From Pocillopora damicornis (lineage: Eukaryota): DNA of 64,000 nt. Of the stretch, positions 11,701 through 22,400 are shown in pieces. The position numbers and the translations under genes are program-made. The stretch lies in assembly GCF_003704095.1 (NCBI RefSeq), contig NW_020845410.1:620001-684000 (forward strand), read 5' to 3'. The notes beneath the pieces were generated by a model that made no database searches, was not told the origin of the DNA, and saw nothing but the letters and a program-made list of their open reading frames with translations. Each line of letters starts with the position of its first letter. Within the stretch, counting starts at the first letter, position 1.

Positions 11701-14700
11701 CCACGATAAACGAGAGACATTAAAGAACACTTTCTTAATTTGATCTGACTAGCTGGCCACTGAATAAAAAGATCACGTTAAGCCTTGTGCTACTTTTTGA
11801 ATTGAGGAGACTAGAGCAGAATCGCAAAACGAACAGGAAATTCCATGGTTCCATTGCCAGAATTTAACCAGCCACAATTGGTTACTTTTTCCTGATGATT
11901 GGCTTGGTTAAAACCAATTCTATTCAGCTATCGCTCACTCGATTTTGCTGGAGAAATTCTAAAACTTATTTATGAAACTATTTTGCTTTAAGTTATTGAG
12001 TACCAAAAAAAAAAGAAACAAAAACAAAAATCAAACCTACAGTTAAGCATTTTCCTTACCCTGGGCGACTCTGATTCAGGGACGGAAGCATAACCGAAGG
12101 ATGAAAGAAAGAAGAAAATCAATACCATTAAGATGAATATGACCCCTCCTCGCCAACATTCAGTGCTATAAACTAGTGTAAGTAATTGTGACTTCTCATA
12201 GATAAACTTCCCTCTATTGATGATCTTCCTATGAAGTTTTAGAACAAATAGATTATCAATCAATGTTTTTAATTTTTGCGTCGAGGTTTCTTAAACAACG
12301 CTTTTCATTAACGTTATCCTTAAAGGGCCTTAGTCACTCTTTGAGATTGCGCATTACGTTCTTCCATTTTGATACTTAAAAGCGTGAAATCAGTATTGTT
12401 TGGTCTAAAGAGCAACGTCGTAAGAGCCAACCGATCACGAGGTGTTTTGCTCACGCACTGTTGGGAATGACGTGAGGTTTAGACAACTCAATGTGTAGAC
12501 ACTATTTGCTCTGATCTTTTTCTGAGTCTCAATAGATTTTAGGGCTTTCCCTCTCGATAACGACAAAGTCTGAAAATTATGTTCTGCCTGTCTAGGGCAA
12601 GCATAAGAAATTGATTATATGGCAGCTCTCACGAGTTTTATCGGCAAATCGACAGAACACAAAAATATCAGCTTTCTAGGAAGGACAGGTTTATTCAAAG
12701 TAATCCTTAAAGACATTCAAAAGGTCAGGCTGAAAAGAACAAATTTTTTACAAGACGCAGGAGTTCGATGTTATCAAGAAGTTGAATGCCGGATGTGCAA
12801 GCGAAGACGTCTAATACACCGTAACATGGTAACATATTTCAATGACACTCGCACCTTATTAAAAAACAACCAAGGAATTTTTTAGGCAATTGTTTCACGA
12901 AGTGTAAAATAGAAGTATTCGTAAAATATTCATTCCAAAACAACACCAAAGACTTTTCCTTAATGTACTTTTGTATGAGAGCTTTTGGAGGTGGCAAAAT
13001 CCCAAGATTAAACGGATTTTTTGAAACTGGACGGCAAAGGTTACCAACGGCCTGTTGTCACTATTTCCTTCGTTTTAAATGCGCATGCGTGAATCGTGAC
13101 TTAGCCGCTTTAAGAAATATCTCGAAGACAATAAGGTACCCGAACTGCAGTCTTCATTTTGAGTTTTGGACAAACGCCATTCAGTAACGCATGATAAGTT
13201 TCTATTTGCTTTTCATATAGAATTTAGTTCGCATTTCGCCTTCACCTCATCAGAAAAATTTTGCACCGATAAGACTCGAAGAAGAGTTAGGAAAATCACT
13301 GTCGTACAAGTTCAATCAGTGCACGGTGTGAGCCCATGGCCACGAAATGTCACTAACAGTAGTTTATGGGTATATCAGTACTTATGACGATTAGGATGTT
13401 ATCTAGTTGTATCAAGATCGATATATGGACAGCTGAGAAGGAAAAAAAAGAAAAATAACCATTCGCTAACGCTTACCTTCAGAGGAAGACGAGTTAGACC
13501 TCCCTAGATCTAGGGCAGAACGTGTGCGTTGTAATATTGGGCTACCCTGTGAAAAAAGTCTTAAATTACTATTTGGTTGTCGTATATCTTCCAGAGTTTC
13601 TGCGCACGCGTTTCAATTGTATTATCATGCTCCGACAATCTAAAAACAGCGGTCATGTTGGATTTTCAAGCCACGCGTTGAGGCCAAGGTGCAAGTTACT
13701 TCTTTACTTTTATGGCTCTTGCAATAATTATTCCATATGTTTCTGTATATTTTCAGCTCTGTTTCGTTCCCTTTGTTGTGTATATATTATGTGTTATTTC
13801 GTACCTTCAGCTGACACCAGGTTGCATAAGCAATAAGAGTGATGCCGAATGTGTATTTGATTATTATGTACGTGCTGATAAACAGTACAAATTCTGATTG
13901 GTCGAAGGGGTTTTCTCACAAATGAGAAGTAATTGTGACCGATCACAGGCCGCAGGCGGTATTTTCCATCAGTGAAAACAATCGTATCGGTTTTCCTGCC
14001 TTTCGTGGCGCTGCAGCTCGCCAAAATGAATGAAAGTGAATTTTAGCAACGTTCGCTACTTTCTCAGAAAAATGTAAAAGTATTCAAAGCGTAACCAATT
14101 TTTCCGTGGTATCTGAACAAAAGCAGGTAAGAATGTCTCTTTTTTTTAATGGAATAACGAAAGAGAGGTTGGAGAAAACGTCATTTTTAAAAAAGAGCTG
14201 TTTCATGTGATCAGGAATTTAGTAGGTTACCTAATTAAACATAATTAAAATAATAAACAGCACAAATTCTGATCGGTCCAACAGTTTTTCTTACATGTGA
14301 GAAGTACCGATCACAGGCCGCAGGCGATATTTTTCACCAGTGAAAACAATCTTATCGGTTTTCCTGCCTTTAGTGGCACTGCAGCACGCCAAAATGATTG
14401 AAAGTGAATTTTAGAAACGTTCGCTGCTTTCCAAGAAAAAACGCAAAAGTGTTCAAAGCATAACCAATTATTCGGTGGTACCTAAACAAAAGCAGGTGAA
14501 ATGTCTCGTACTTTGAATAAAGTAACAAAAGAGAGCTTGGAGAAAACGTCATTTAGAAAAAAGAGGTGTTTCATGTGATCAGGAACTTAGTAAGGTACCA
14601 CTAAACAAGTTAAGAGAGGATGTCAGCATCCATCGCACAAATTTGAAATATTGTGGCAAGTCGNNNNNNNNNNNNNNNNNNNNNNNNNNNNNNNNNNNNN

Positions 14701-17700
14701 NNNNNNNNNNNNNNNNNNNNNNNNNNNNNNNNNNNNNNNNNNNNNNNNNNNNNNNNNNNNNNNAGGTTCTGACTGGGGTGGAGAAGGCGATCGGAAATGG
14801 GTAAGGATGCTTGTCGTAACTTTTAGGGGTAAAAAATAACAGAGACCTAGCTGGTACGTTTTAGGGTGTTTTTCGCTCAATAAAATACCTGAAATAAGCA
14901 TTGCGATTTTAATGATATGACTTGAGCCTCTAGAGCACTTCGATCAAGGAATTTTTATTTTGGGGATTTTTCAATTTTTTTGCTTTTGAATTGGTACTTT
15001 TTAGGGGTAGACATCAATTGTTGCCACTCCCACACAGATAAGACTCAGGTACTTTTTATTATTTTATAAGGGTCGTTTTCGAAATTTCCGGCGCACACCC
15101 CCGCCCTCTTACGTAAGGGTGTCCTCGGGGGTGATGATACGTGCAGCACACTTGAAATTTAGCAAGGACAAATTTTGATGTGATTTTGAGTGAAGAGAAC
15201 CAAGTTTTGTCAGCGTCTAATAGCTTGTGCGGAAGGGCCTTTACCATCGTGTGCATAATTACGCGTCCCGCCAAACGGCGGGAAGCCAACAAAGTGTTCA
15301 GACATTAGTATAGAAAACTCCGCCTCTGTCTGGATTTTTGGTAGCCTATTGACCAATTCCCAATCGAGACTTAAGTCTGACGGGACGCGTAATTTTGCTC
15401 ACGGTGGCAAGTATGAATTTTCCAGATATCTTGCACGCTTGCCAATTCCCCTATCGGCTTTTGGAATTGACTTAACCTTACCACGCAATGGCCGGACACT
15501 TCTTCAGGCACTCTACATCTACTATTGGAACCACAACTCTACTCAACATCTATATGTGGGGCAAATTGTAAAATCATCGATATCTGTTAGTGTCTCGAAG
15601 ATACCGGCAAGCGAAAAAATAAGATCAACTTCATTTTCTGGATCTGAAAACTTGCAACTCCGCGAGTGACTTGAAACGTCTTTTTACAATTGTGCAAGGG
15701 AACGACTTGAGATATGTAACTTCGGTCTTCTCGATAACTAAACCCACAAGTTCCACCAGCGAACGATTTAAATGAACAGCAAATCTCCATGTTTGCATGT
15801 AAGATGAGACGCTTACACAACAGATAATTACCTAAATCAGTACGTAGCTTGTCAATCAAATTGACTTTTGTAACCATTCTGTGACTTCGGCCGGCAAAGG
15901 AATCATGGATGGATCTTCAATTTTCTAAATGCAGCAATTCCTGAAAGGATTTTCTAGATATCATGCAAATAGGAAAAAAACCCATCCCTTGGTATTTCGG
16001 AGATTGATACATCTTTGAATTTATGTGTCTCGCCTGTCATGCAACTGATATAATAAGATTGAGAAGATAAAAAAACTGGAACTTAAATCTGGCTAGAATG
16101 TGGTAGAGCATAACGTGATCATCGAAACAGCTCATAAAATCATTAATAACCAAGGTAAGAGTGTTATGTTAGATTTTTACTGTTGTGGGAATTGCAACAA
16201 CAACATCAACAAAAAATACAGAGACCAATCTCTCTCATCAATGTGGACAGCAAAATGGCTTCTGAGGCGTTAACAAAACGATTAGAACATATTCTACCTG
16301 ACTTGATTCGTTATAACCAAAATGCGTATTTGAAAGTTAGATCATTATTTAATACGGTCAGGAGTATCGATGATGGATTAAACAAAACAAAACGGGCAGT
16401 CTAATATGGCATAGGTTAAAATATGGACTGGACTATTTTTTGGACTCTTTTTAGACCATTTTTTTTAACCATTTTATCGGGGGGGAAGCATACCATTGGT
16501 ACAAAGGGAGGGGTGGGATGCAGTCTATCAGTATACTGAGGAAGGGCTGGGAGGCAGTGTTATTACTCAGGGAGGGGTGAGAGACGAACTATGACTACGC
16601 AGGGAGGGGTTGGAGGTGGTTGTAATAGGAAACGCTACTGGTTAATGGAGCGTTTACTCGATCATACAAATTATTTTAATCGGTTTTCCGACTGACCTTT
16701 TTAATGCCAAAATTTTTGCGCTGGGCCGAGAATTCGAGACTGTTTAAAATTGTTCTGTCCAGCTGGACAATGAGAGTCAAGTCCAAGTCAGAACTTGTTA
16801 TATTTTGAACTTTGAGGGAACTTGAAACGAGAGCAGAATCGGAATTCGAAACAAGAAATTCCATGGCTCCATGGCCAGGATGTACCCGGGACTTTCTATT
16901 TCTTTACGGTTGGCTTAGTTAAAACCAATTCTATTCAGCTATCGCTCAATTTAATTTGCTTTACATTATTGAGTTCCAAAAAGCAAACAAACAAACTAAC
17001 AAAAACCAAACCACAGTCAAGTGTTCTCCTTACCTTGACCATCAATGGTGATGGTGGGATGACACCAAGAAAGTCTGGAAGAAAGAAAAAATCAAAATGC
17101 AATATCATTAAAATTGTAAGATACCTACGCGCCAACATTCACTGAGTGCTATCAACTAGTGTAAGTAATTAATTGACCCCTCATAGAAAAAATCAGCCCA
17201 TTGATAATCTTCGTATGAAGTCTTAGACCAAATGAGTTATCAATCAATGTCTTTATTTTTTACGTTGAGGTTTCTTAAACAAAGCTTTTCATTAACGTTA
17301 TCCTTAAAGTGCCATAGTCACTATTTGAGATTGCACATTGAGTTCTTCCATTTTAACACTTATAAGGGTGAAATCATTATTGTTCGGCCTAAAATAACAA
17401 GAGGCAGAGAGCGACGTCGTAAGAGCCAACCGATCACAAAGTGTTTTTCTTATGTGCTGTTGAGAATGATGCGAGGTTTAAACAACTTAATATGCAGACA
17501 ATATCTGCTCTGATCTTTTTCTGATCTTTTTTTGATAGTCTGGGGGTTATGTTCTGCCTGTCTAGAGTAAGCGTAAAATATTGATTATAAGCCAGCTCTC
17601 ACGAGCTTTATCGGAAAATCGACAGAACATAAAAATAGCAGCTTTCTAGGAAGGTAGGTTTATTCAAAGTCATCTTTAAAAAAGGCATTCAAAAGGTCAG

Positions 17701-20586
17701 GCTGAAAAGAACAATTTTTTTACAAGACGCAGGAGTTCGATGCCAGCAAGACGTTGAATTCCGGGTGTGCAAGCGAAGAAGTCCAATACACCGTTGTTAA
17801 GGTGATATATTCAATGACACTCGCGTCTTGTTAAAAACGACCAAGGAATTTTTGAAGCAATTGTTTCACGAAATATAAAATAGAAGTATTAGTAAAATAT
17901 TAATTCCAAAACCAAATACGTATCCCAAATACCACGCAGTAACGCATGATAAGTTTCTATTTGTTTTTCATGTAGAATTTAGCTCACATTTCACCTTCAC
18001 CTCATAAAAAAATTTAGCGCTGACAAGACTCGAAGAAGAGTTAGGAAAATCACTGTCGTGCATATTCAATCTGAGAGTACGGTATGAGCCCATGGCCACG
18101 AAATGTCATCAACAGTAGGTTAAGGGTACATCAGTACTTGTGACGAGTAGGATGTTATCTTCTTGTATTAACATTGATATATGAAGGACAAAAGTAAAAT
18201 AACTATTCGCTAACGCTTACCTAGAGAAGGAAGAGAGTTGGACTCGAACTTCCACTTCCCTGAGTTTTCAGCCCCAACTTCGTCGCGTCCAAAGTCTTTT
18301 TGGACACCCTGTGGAAAAGCCCAAGTCTGAAATTACCATTTGGTCGTCGTATATCTTCCAAAGAGGCTATTCCAGAGTTTCTGTGTATGCGTTTCAATTT
18401 TATTATCACGCTCCGACAATCTAAAAAACAGCCGTCATGTTGGATTTTCAAGCCACGCGTTTAGGCTAAGGTGCAAGTTACTTCTTTACTTTTGTGGCTT
18501 TTGCAATTATTATTCCATATATTTTTTTTAATGCGCCGCTTAGTATATTTAGTATAGTATATACTAATATATATACACTCAGTATATTTCCAGTTACTTA
18601 TTCTTTATTGTGTGTTATTTCGTACCTTCGCATGTTGTTTACTCCAGGTTGCACGAGCAATAAGAGCAATGCCAAATGTGTTTGAAAAATACGACATATT
18701 CGATCATTATATACTTGCTGAGATTCACTCCGAGGGAAATTGTCTCTTAAAATAATAAACAGCACAAATTCTGATTGGTCGAGCAGTTTTTCACACAGGT
18801 GGGAAGTAATCGTCTGACCAATCATAGGCCGAAGGCGAAATTTTTCACCAGTGAAAACAATCGTATCGGTTTTCCTGCCTTTAGTGGCGCTGCAGCTCGC
18901 CAAAATGAATGAAATTGAATTTTAGCAACGCTCGCTGCTTTCCCAAAAAAATTGTAAAGGTATTCAAAGTATAACCCAATTATCCTGTGGTATCTGAACA
19001 AAAGCAGGTGAAAATGTCTCGTACTTTAAATAAAGTAACGAAAGAGAACTTGAAGAAAACGTCATTTAAAAAAAAGAGCTGTTTCATGAGATAAGGAACT
19101 TAGTAAGGTACCACTAAACAAGTTAAAATGTCGGTCACCGAAAAACAGAAAGCTGATATTTTGCGAATGTTTCCCATGGTCCTTCGTTGTCTTTAACTGA
19201 TGAAACACATGGCCTGATTTAACTATATTCTCTATCGATATTTAAAACAACATGCCATTGGAGCCTCAGGATGCTCGAATTTTATGTCTGGCCCCCAAAA
19301 TAAGTCTGAAAATAAACAGTTTAGTGCGTGCCGTTCATCAGCTTACTCTTGTGGGAATTGCAACAGCAACAACAAAACAATACAGAGACCAATCTCTCTT
19401 ACTACTGTGGACACCAAAATAGCTTCTAAGGCGTTAGCCAAACAACTAAAGCATATTCTCCCTAACTTAATTAATTATAACCAAAGTACGTATGTGAAAG
19501 TTAGATTAATATTTGATATTTTTAGGAGTATCGATGATGTATTAGAATACACAAAACAAAGTGGGCAGTCTATTATGAAATAGGGTAAAAAACGAAGTGG
19601 GCAGTCTATTATGGAATAGGGTAAAATATGGACTGGACTATTTTTTGGACCATTTTTGGGACCATTCTTTGGACCATTTTATCAAGGGGGAAGCACACCA
19701 TTTGTACTCAGGGAGGGGTGGGATGTAGTCTATCAGTACTGAGGGAGGGCTGGGAGGCACAGTGATATTACTCAAGGAGGGGTGAGAGACGGACTATGAC
19801 TACGCTGGAAGGGGTGGGAGGTGGTTGTAACAGTAAACACTACTTGTCAATGGAGCTTTTACTCGATCATACATATTATTTTAATCGACTTTTCGACTGA
19901 CTTTTTTAAACCAAAATTTTTGCGCTGGGCGGCGGCGTTTCTTCCATTTTTTTGTCATGCGAATGCAAAACTGCCACCTAAACACTGGACTTTAATCGTT
20001 ATTGAATATATCGCGTCTACGATTCTCCACTGTTGGGTTATGCGCCTGGCTTTTGAGCAGAATTGTGCACCATCAGTTTCTTCACGTTTCCTTTTGTGTA
20101 TACAGTATATAATTACTAAATTTTTCTATCTTACTTTTGTCATTGACCTTAGCAGACGAGATCACGGAATTTTCGGTTAGCCCTTAGCTTAGCTTAGCTT
20201 AGCCCTTAACTTAGCAGCATAGAATTCCTATGCGCTATCACAAAAAAAGCCACACTTAACTTAGAATTTTGATCGCCCAAAGAAATTGTACACTGGTGAA
20301 ACATTACGAAAAGTGGGAATCTTTCATTCCCGTATTAGTGTGAGTAACTCCCCTTTCTACCATTCTACCATTAGTTTTATGTAATAAGCTAGTTTTATTA
20401 AACGTTCTACTTCCCTGCTCTCCGTAGTATTACGTACTAAAGAGTATTTCTCCTGTTCTATTTCTTATTCTTAGATAGCTGTTAACAAACATGAAAAAAA
20501 AAAGTTTATTTAAAATATGCAGATTTAATTTGGATTACCTTGCGAATCCTAGACTTCTTCATCTTCTTTCTCAGCTTAGAAAACAT
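5723..20586 (-). CDS. MEKK2/3-like (STE11-family) MAP kinase kinase kinase, multi-exon
   Basis: The kinase exons all have GT-AG sites and matching phases: 9478-9570 (VYEC...CAVKIV), 9181-9306 ([14 protein letters not shown]...LFMELMKG), 7995-8124 (GSL...[24 protein letters not shown]), 7631-7701 or 7235-7305 (NVLL...[10 protein letters not shown]), 6296-6399 (GTPYWMAPE...GYGRKADIW), 5851-6015 ([15 protein letters not shown]), 5723-5774 (stop). Inferred N-terminal small exons are 20539-20586 ([16 protein letters not shown]), 18221-18308, 17034-17074, 13477-13546, 12060-12100 (or 12060-12070) and 11552-11591. The GxGxxG exon was not found and probably lies in the gap 10817-10916. The kinase part is high confidence; the 5' part is moderate. 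Confidence 0.8.
7012..7554. mobile_element. MITE-like element with terminal inverted repeats, partly duplicated together with a kinase exon
   Basis: The left end cggtatccggtcaattcgccaccacaac is the near reverse complement of the right end ttgtggtagcgaattgaccgttaaccg. The flanks are ttctgt / ttctgc (possible TSD). The internal palindrome atcgccacc(g/a)gtggcgat occurs three times. Confidence 0.6.
10382..10500 (+). mobile_element. Small decayed remnant of a Crypton-like tyrosine-recombinase ORF C-terminus
   Basis: With one frameshift it reads [13 protein letters not shown]...[21 protein letters not shown]. This resembles the (S/T)GH..E.SL..Y box of Crypton/DUF3504-type recombinases. Recognised by motif only. 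Confidence 0.45.
10577..10760. mobile_element. Palindromic MITE-like repeat
   Basis: The arm gaagccttgactgcgccctgtactgttgcaaagcacttaggaagcgg pairs with ccgctttctgcgtgctttacaacagaatagagcacagtcaaggcttc. Confidence 0.6.
15330..15800 (-). pseudogene. Frameshifted remnant of a Cys-containing, probably repeat/transposon-encoded protein
   Basis: Joining frames gives [12 protein letters not shown]...[14 protein letters not shown]...PENEVDLI...FTICP...[10 protein letters not shown]...PKADRGIGK. It is inserted only in duplicate copy B. The family was not identified. Confidence 0.35.
16183..16404 (+). mobile_element. L1/Tx1-type LINE RT fragment (copy in duplicate B)
   Basis: [36 protein letters not shown] matches the RPISLLNxDxK motif at the N-terminus of L1/Tx1 RT. 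Confidence 0.75.
19345..19583 (+). mobile_element. L1/Tx1-type LINE RT fragment (copy in duplicate C)
   Basis: [38 protein letters not shown]...[11 protein letters not shown]; homologous to 16183-16404. Confidence 0.75.
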
Positions 20587-21794
20587 CTTTAAACTGTCCT
20601 TTTGGGAATTAAAGAAAATAATATCCTCAATATACTAAATTACTTTAGGGATATTTGAAATATGCAAAAAGAGACTTCCTTACAAAGGATATTCACTAAA
20701 ATATTAGGAAAGAACAAGCGATTATAATTGGCAAAAATTAAGATATCAGAACTGAAAATGAACCCGACTTGAAGCGGCAGTATACGCAGAAATAGCGAAT
20801 ACGTATCGTATGTCATCTTGTAAATAACCTTCTTCAAGCGGTATGTAAATCCAAATTCACTGCAAGCATTGATTGAAATTCAAATTACTCCCCATTCGAA
20901 CCTAGACTACTGAATTTTCCTTGAATCGTTGCAATTTCATGAGTTTCAGGCAGTCAAGAAAATAATCTACATTTCCTTTTGGATGAAGGAGCACGAATAC
21001 AAAGATTTCCTGGACGGGCGAACGGACCGGAGGATAACATATTTTGAGACACCGATTAGGCCACCCCGCAGTAGGGGCAAAGACGAACGACATCATCGTC
21101 ACGTCATTAACATAACGCGCAATGGCGAAGATGACTAGAAGGAAGTTCTGAACTTTATGTTAGATCACCGTGTGATAAATAAGTTGCAATATTTGGGGCA
21201 AGAACAATGCATCGTGTCTCTGGAAACATCCTCACGTTCGAACAGGATAGAAATTTTCTATTATGGGTAACGAATCGTAACGCGATGAATGTTCATTCGT
21301 CTTTTACTTTACAAGGCTAAAAGGTTTACATAACGATCATGATAAATGAAAGACAATGGTTCAGTTACACACCTTCAGATTTTTTTCCGTTAGCTTATGT
21401 GAGTCGAAGAGAGTTGATTTACCCGTATCTCAATACGAAGTGATCTACTCTAGAGCCAAACCAAGATGTTGAAAGTGGTGGTGGCCGACGCGAATCTGTA
21501 ATGACGAAATTCGCTATTAATACCCATGTCATACACATTAGCTACGTCTTCGACCAAACCTACGCAGTCAAGCGACGAATCGTGAGTCACATGATATTCG
21601 TTCTCGTTCTCGTACCCCTTCGTGTCTCTCAAAGTTAAACTACTTTCATTCAATGATCAGCGTTGGAAAGCCTGTTGCATTTATGAAATACGACAGAAAA
21701 AAAAGATGTTGTCGCGCAAGAGCAAAAGAGCAAGAGAATATAAACTGTTTACATTCTCCTGATAACACATGACAATGCCTAAATAAAAAAAAGG

Positions 21795-22400
21795 TTTCTG
21801 GATTTTTCTGAAGTGAAAACATTATCTAACAAGTTATAAAAACTACAAAACCGTGCTGCACGTGTAATAACTTCATCAAACTATGATGTAGATGTCGATT
21901 CCTTGTTTCACAAATTAAACTCAGCAGGAAAGACTTGAAATCTCAACGTAGAATTCAGAACGCCGTAATGGTTTTCAGGTCTTTTTACGGTCTGGTTCCC
22001 AAATATCTCACGTCTAAATTTAGAAAGCGAAATTAATCAAACTATTCTCTGAGGGACTCAGTAAACAATAAACGTGTTGTCCCCTTTCAAAGAACTAACT
22101 ACATGAAAAAATAGTTTTAGTTATAAAGGCGCAACATTCTGAAATAGCTTACCCTGTAACATTAGAGAGTCTGGTTCTTTAAACCAATTTAAATGCCTTC
22201 TCAATCATAATTTTTAAACACGGCATTCATGGAAATCAGGTTTTTAAGTGGCACATTGTTGTAAGTTAATATAATGTTCAGTTTAGGATTTGTAGGTTCT
22301 TAGGATATCAGTCATTGTATTGGAATTTTTTGTACCTGATGAATTTTTTTACCGTGTATAAATAATGATTAAATAAATACATTAAATAGATAAATAAATT
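21795..22400 (+). mobile_element. 3' end of a CR1/L2-type LINE with (TAAA)n-like tail
   Basis: Decayed ORF2 end KLQNRAARVITSSNYD...YSLRDS...SFSYKGA...NSLP, followed by an AT-rich 3'UTR ending in aaataaatac/taaataaat repeats. Confidence 0.75.

Larger units (their letters stand above)
10917..19930. repeat. Intragenic tandem segmental duplication: partial copy A 10917-11600, copy B ~11815-16725, copy C ~16830-19930
   Basis: The shared string gtttcttaaacaa(c/a)gcttttcattaacgtta occurs at ~10917, ~12286 and ~17270. gagcccatggccacga occurs at ~11400, ~13330 and ~18086. The L1-like fragment plus GGA-rich minisatellite is present in both B and C. Copy B also has an internal repeat at ~14245-14610. 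Confidence 0.9.

Noticed and set aside
16490-16625. GGA-rich spaced repeats (also ~19705-19830) resembling a CRISPR-like array
   Set aside because: These are degenerate minisatellite units without unique spacers, in a eukaryotic intron with no cas genes.
16935-17138. [18 protein letters not shown]... (and 11988-12263) as a signal-peptide first exon
   Set aside because: The hydrophobic stretch is the translation of an intronic polypyrimidine tract. The homologous copy is not in frame with its ATG.
20177-20215. (TTAGC)n run as telomere-like repeat
   Set aside because: It is a short imperfect microsatellite, not TTAGGG.
20596-20692. ATATCCTTT on the minus strand as an AT-AC U12 donor upstream of the first kinase exon
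   Set aside because: Joining it to the upstream ORF gives an immediate stop, and the branch site is imperfect. It cannot be supported without cDNA.
21450-21653. Possible additional first exon of the kinase
   Set aside because: The phase would fit, but there is no recognisable motif, the ORF start is TTG, and the donor (GTTTGG) is weak.
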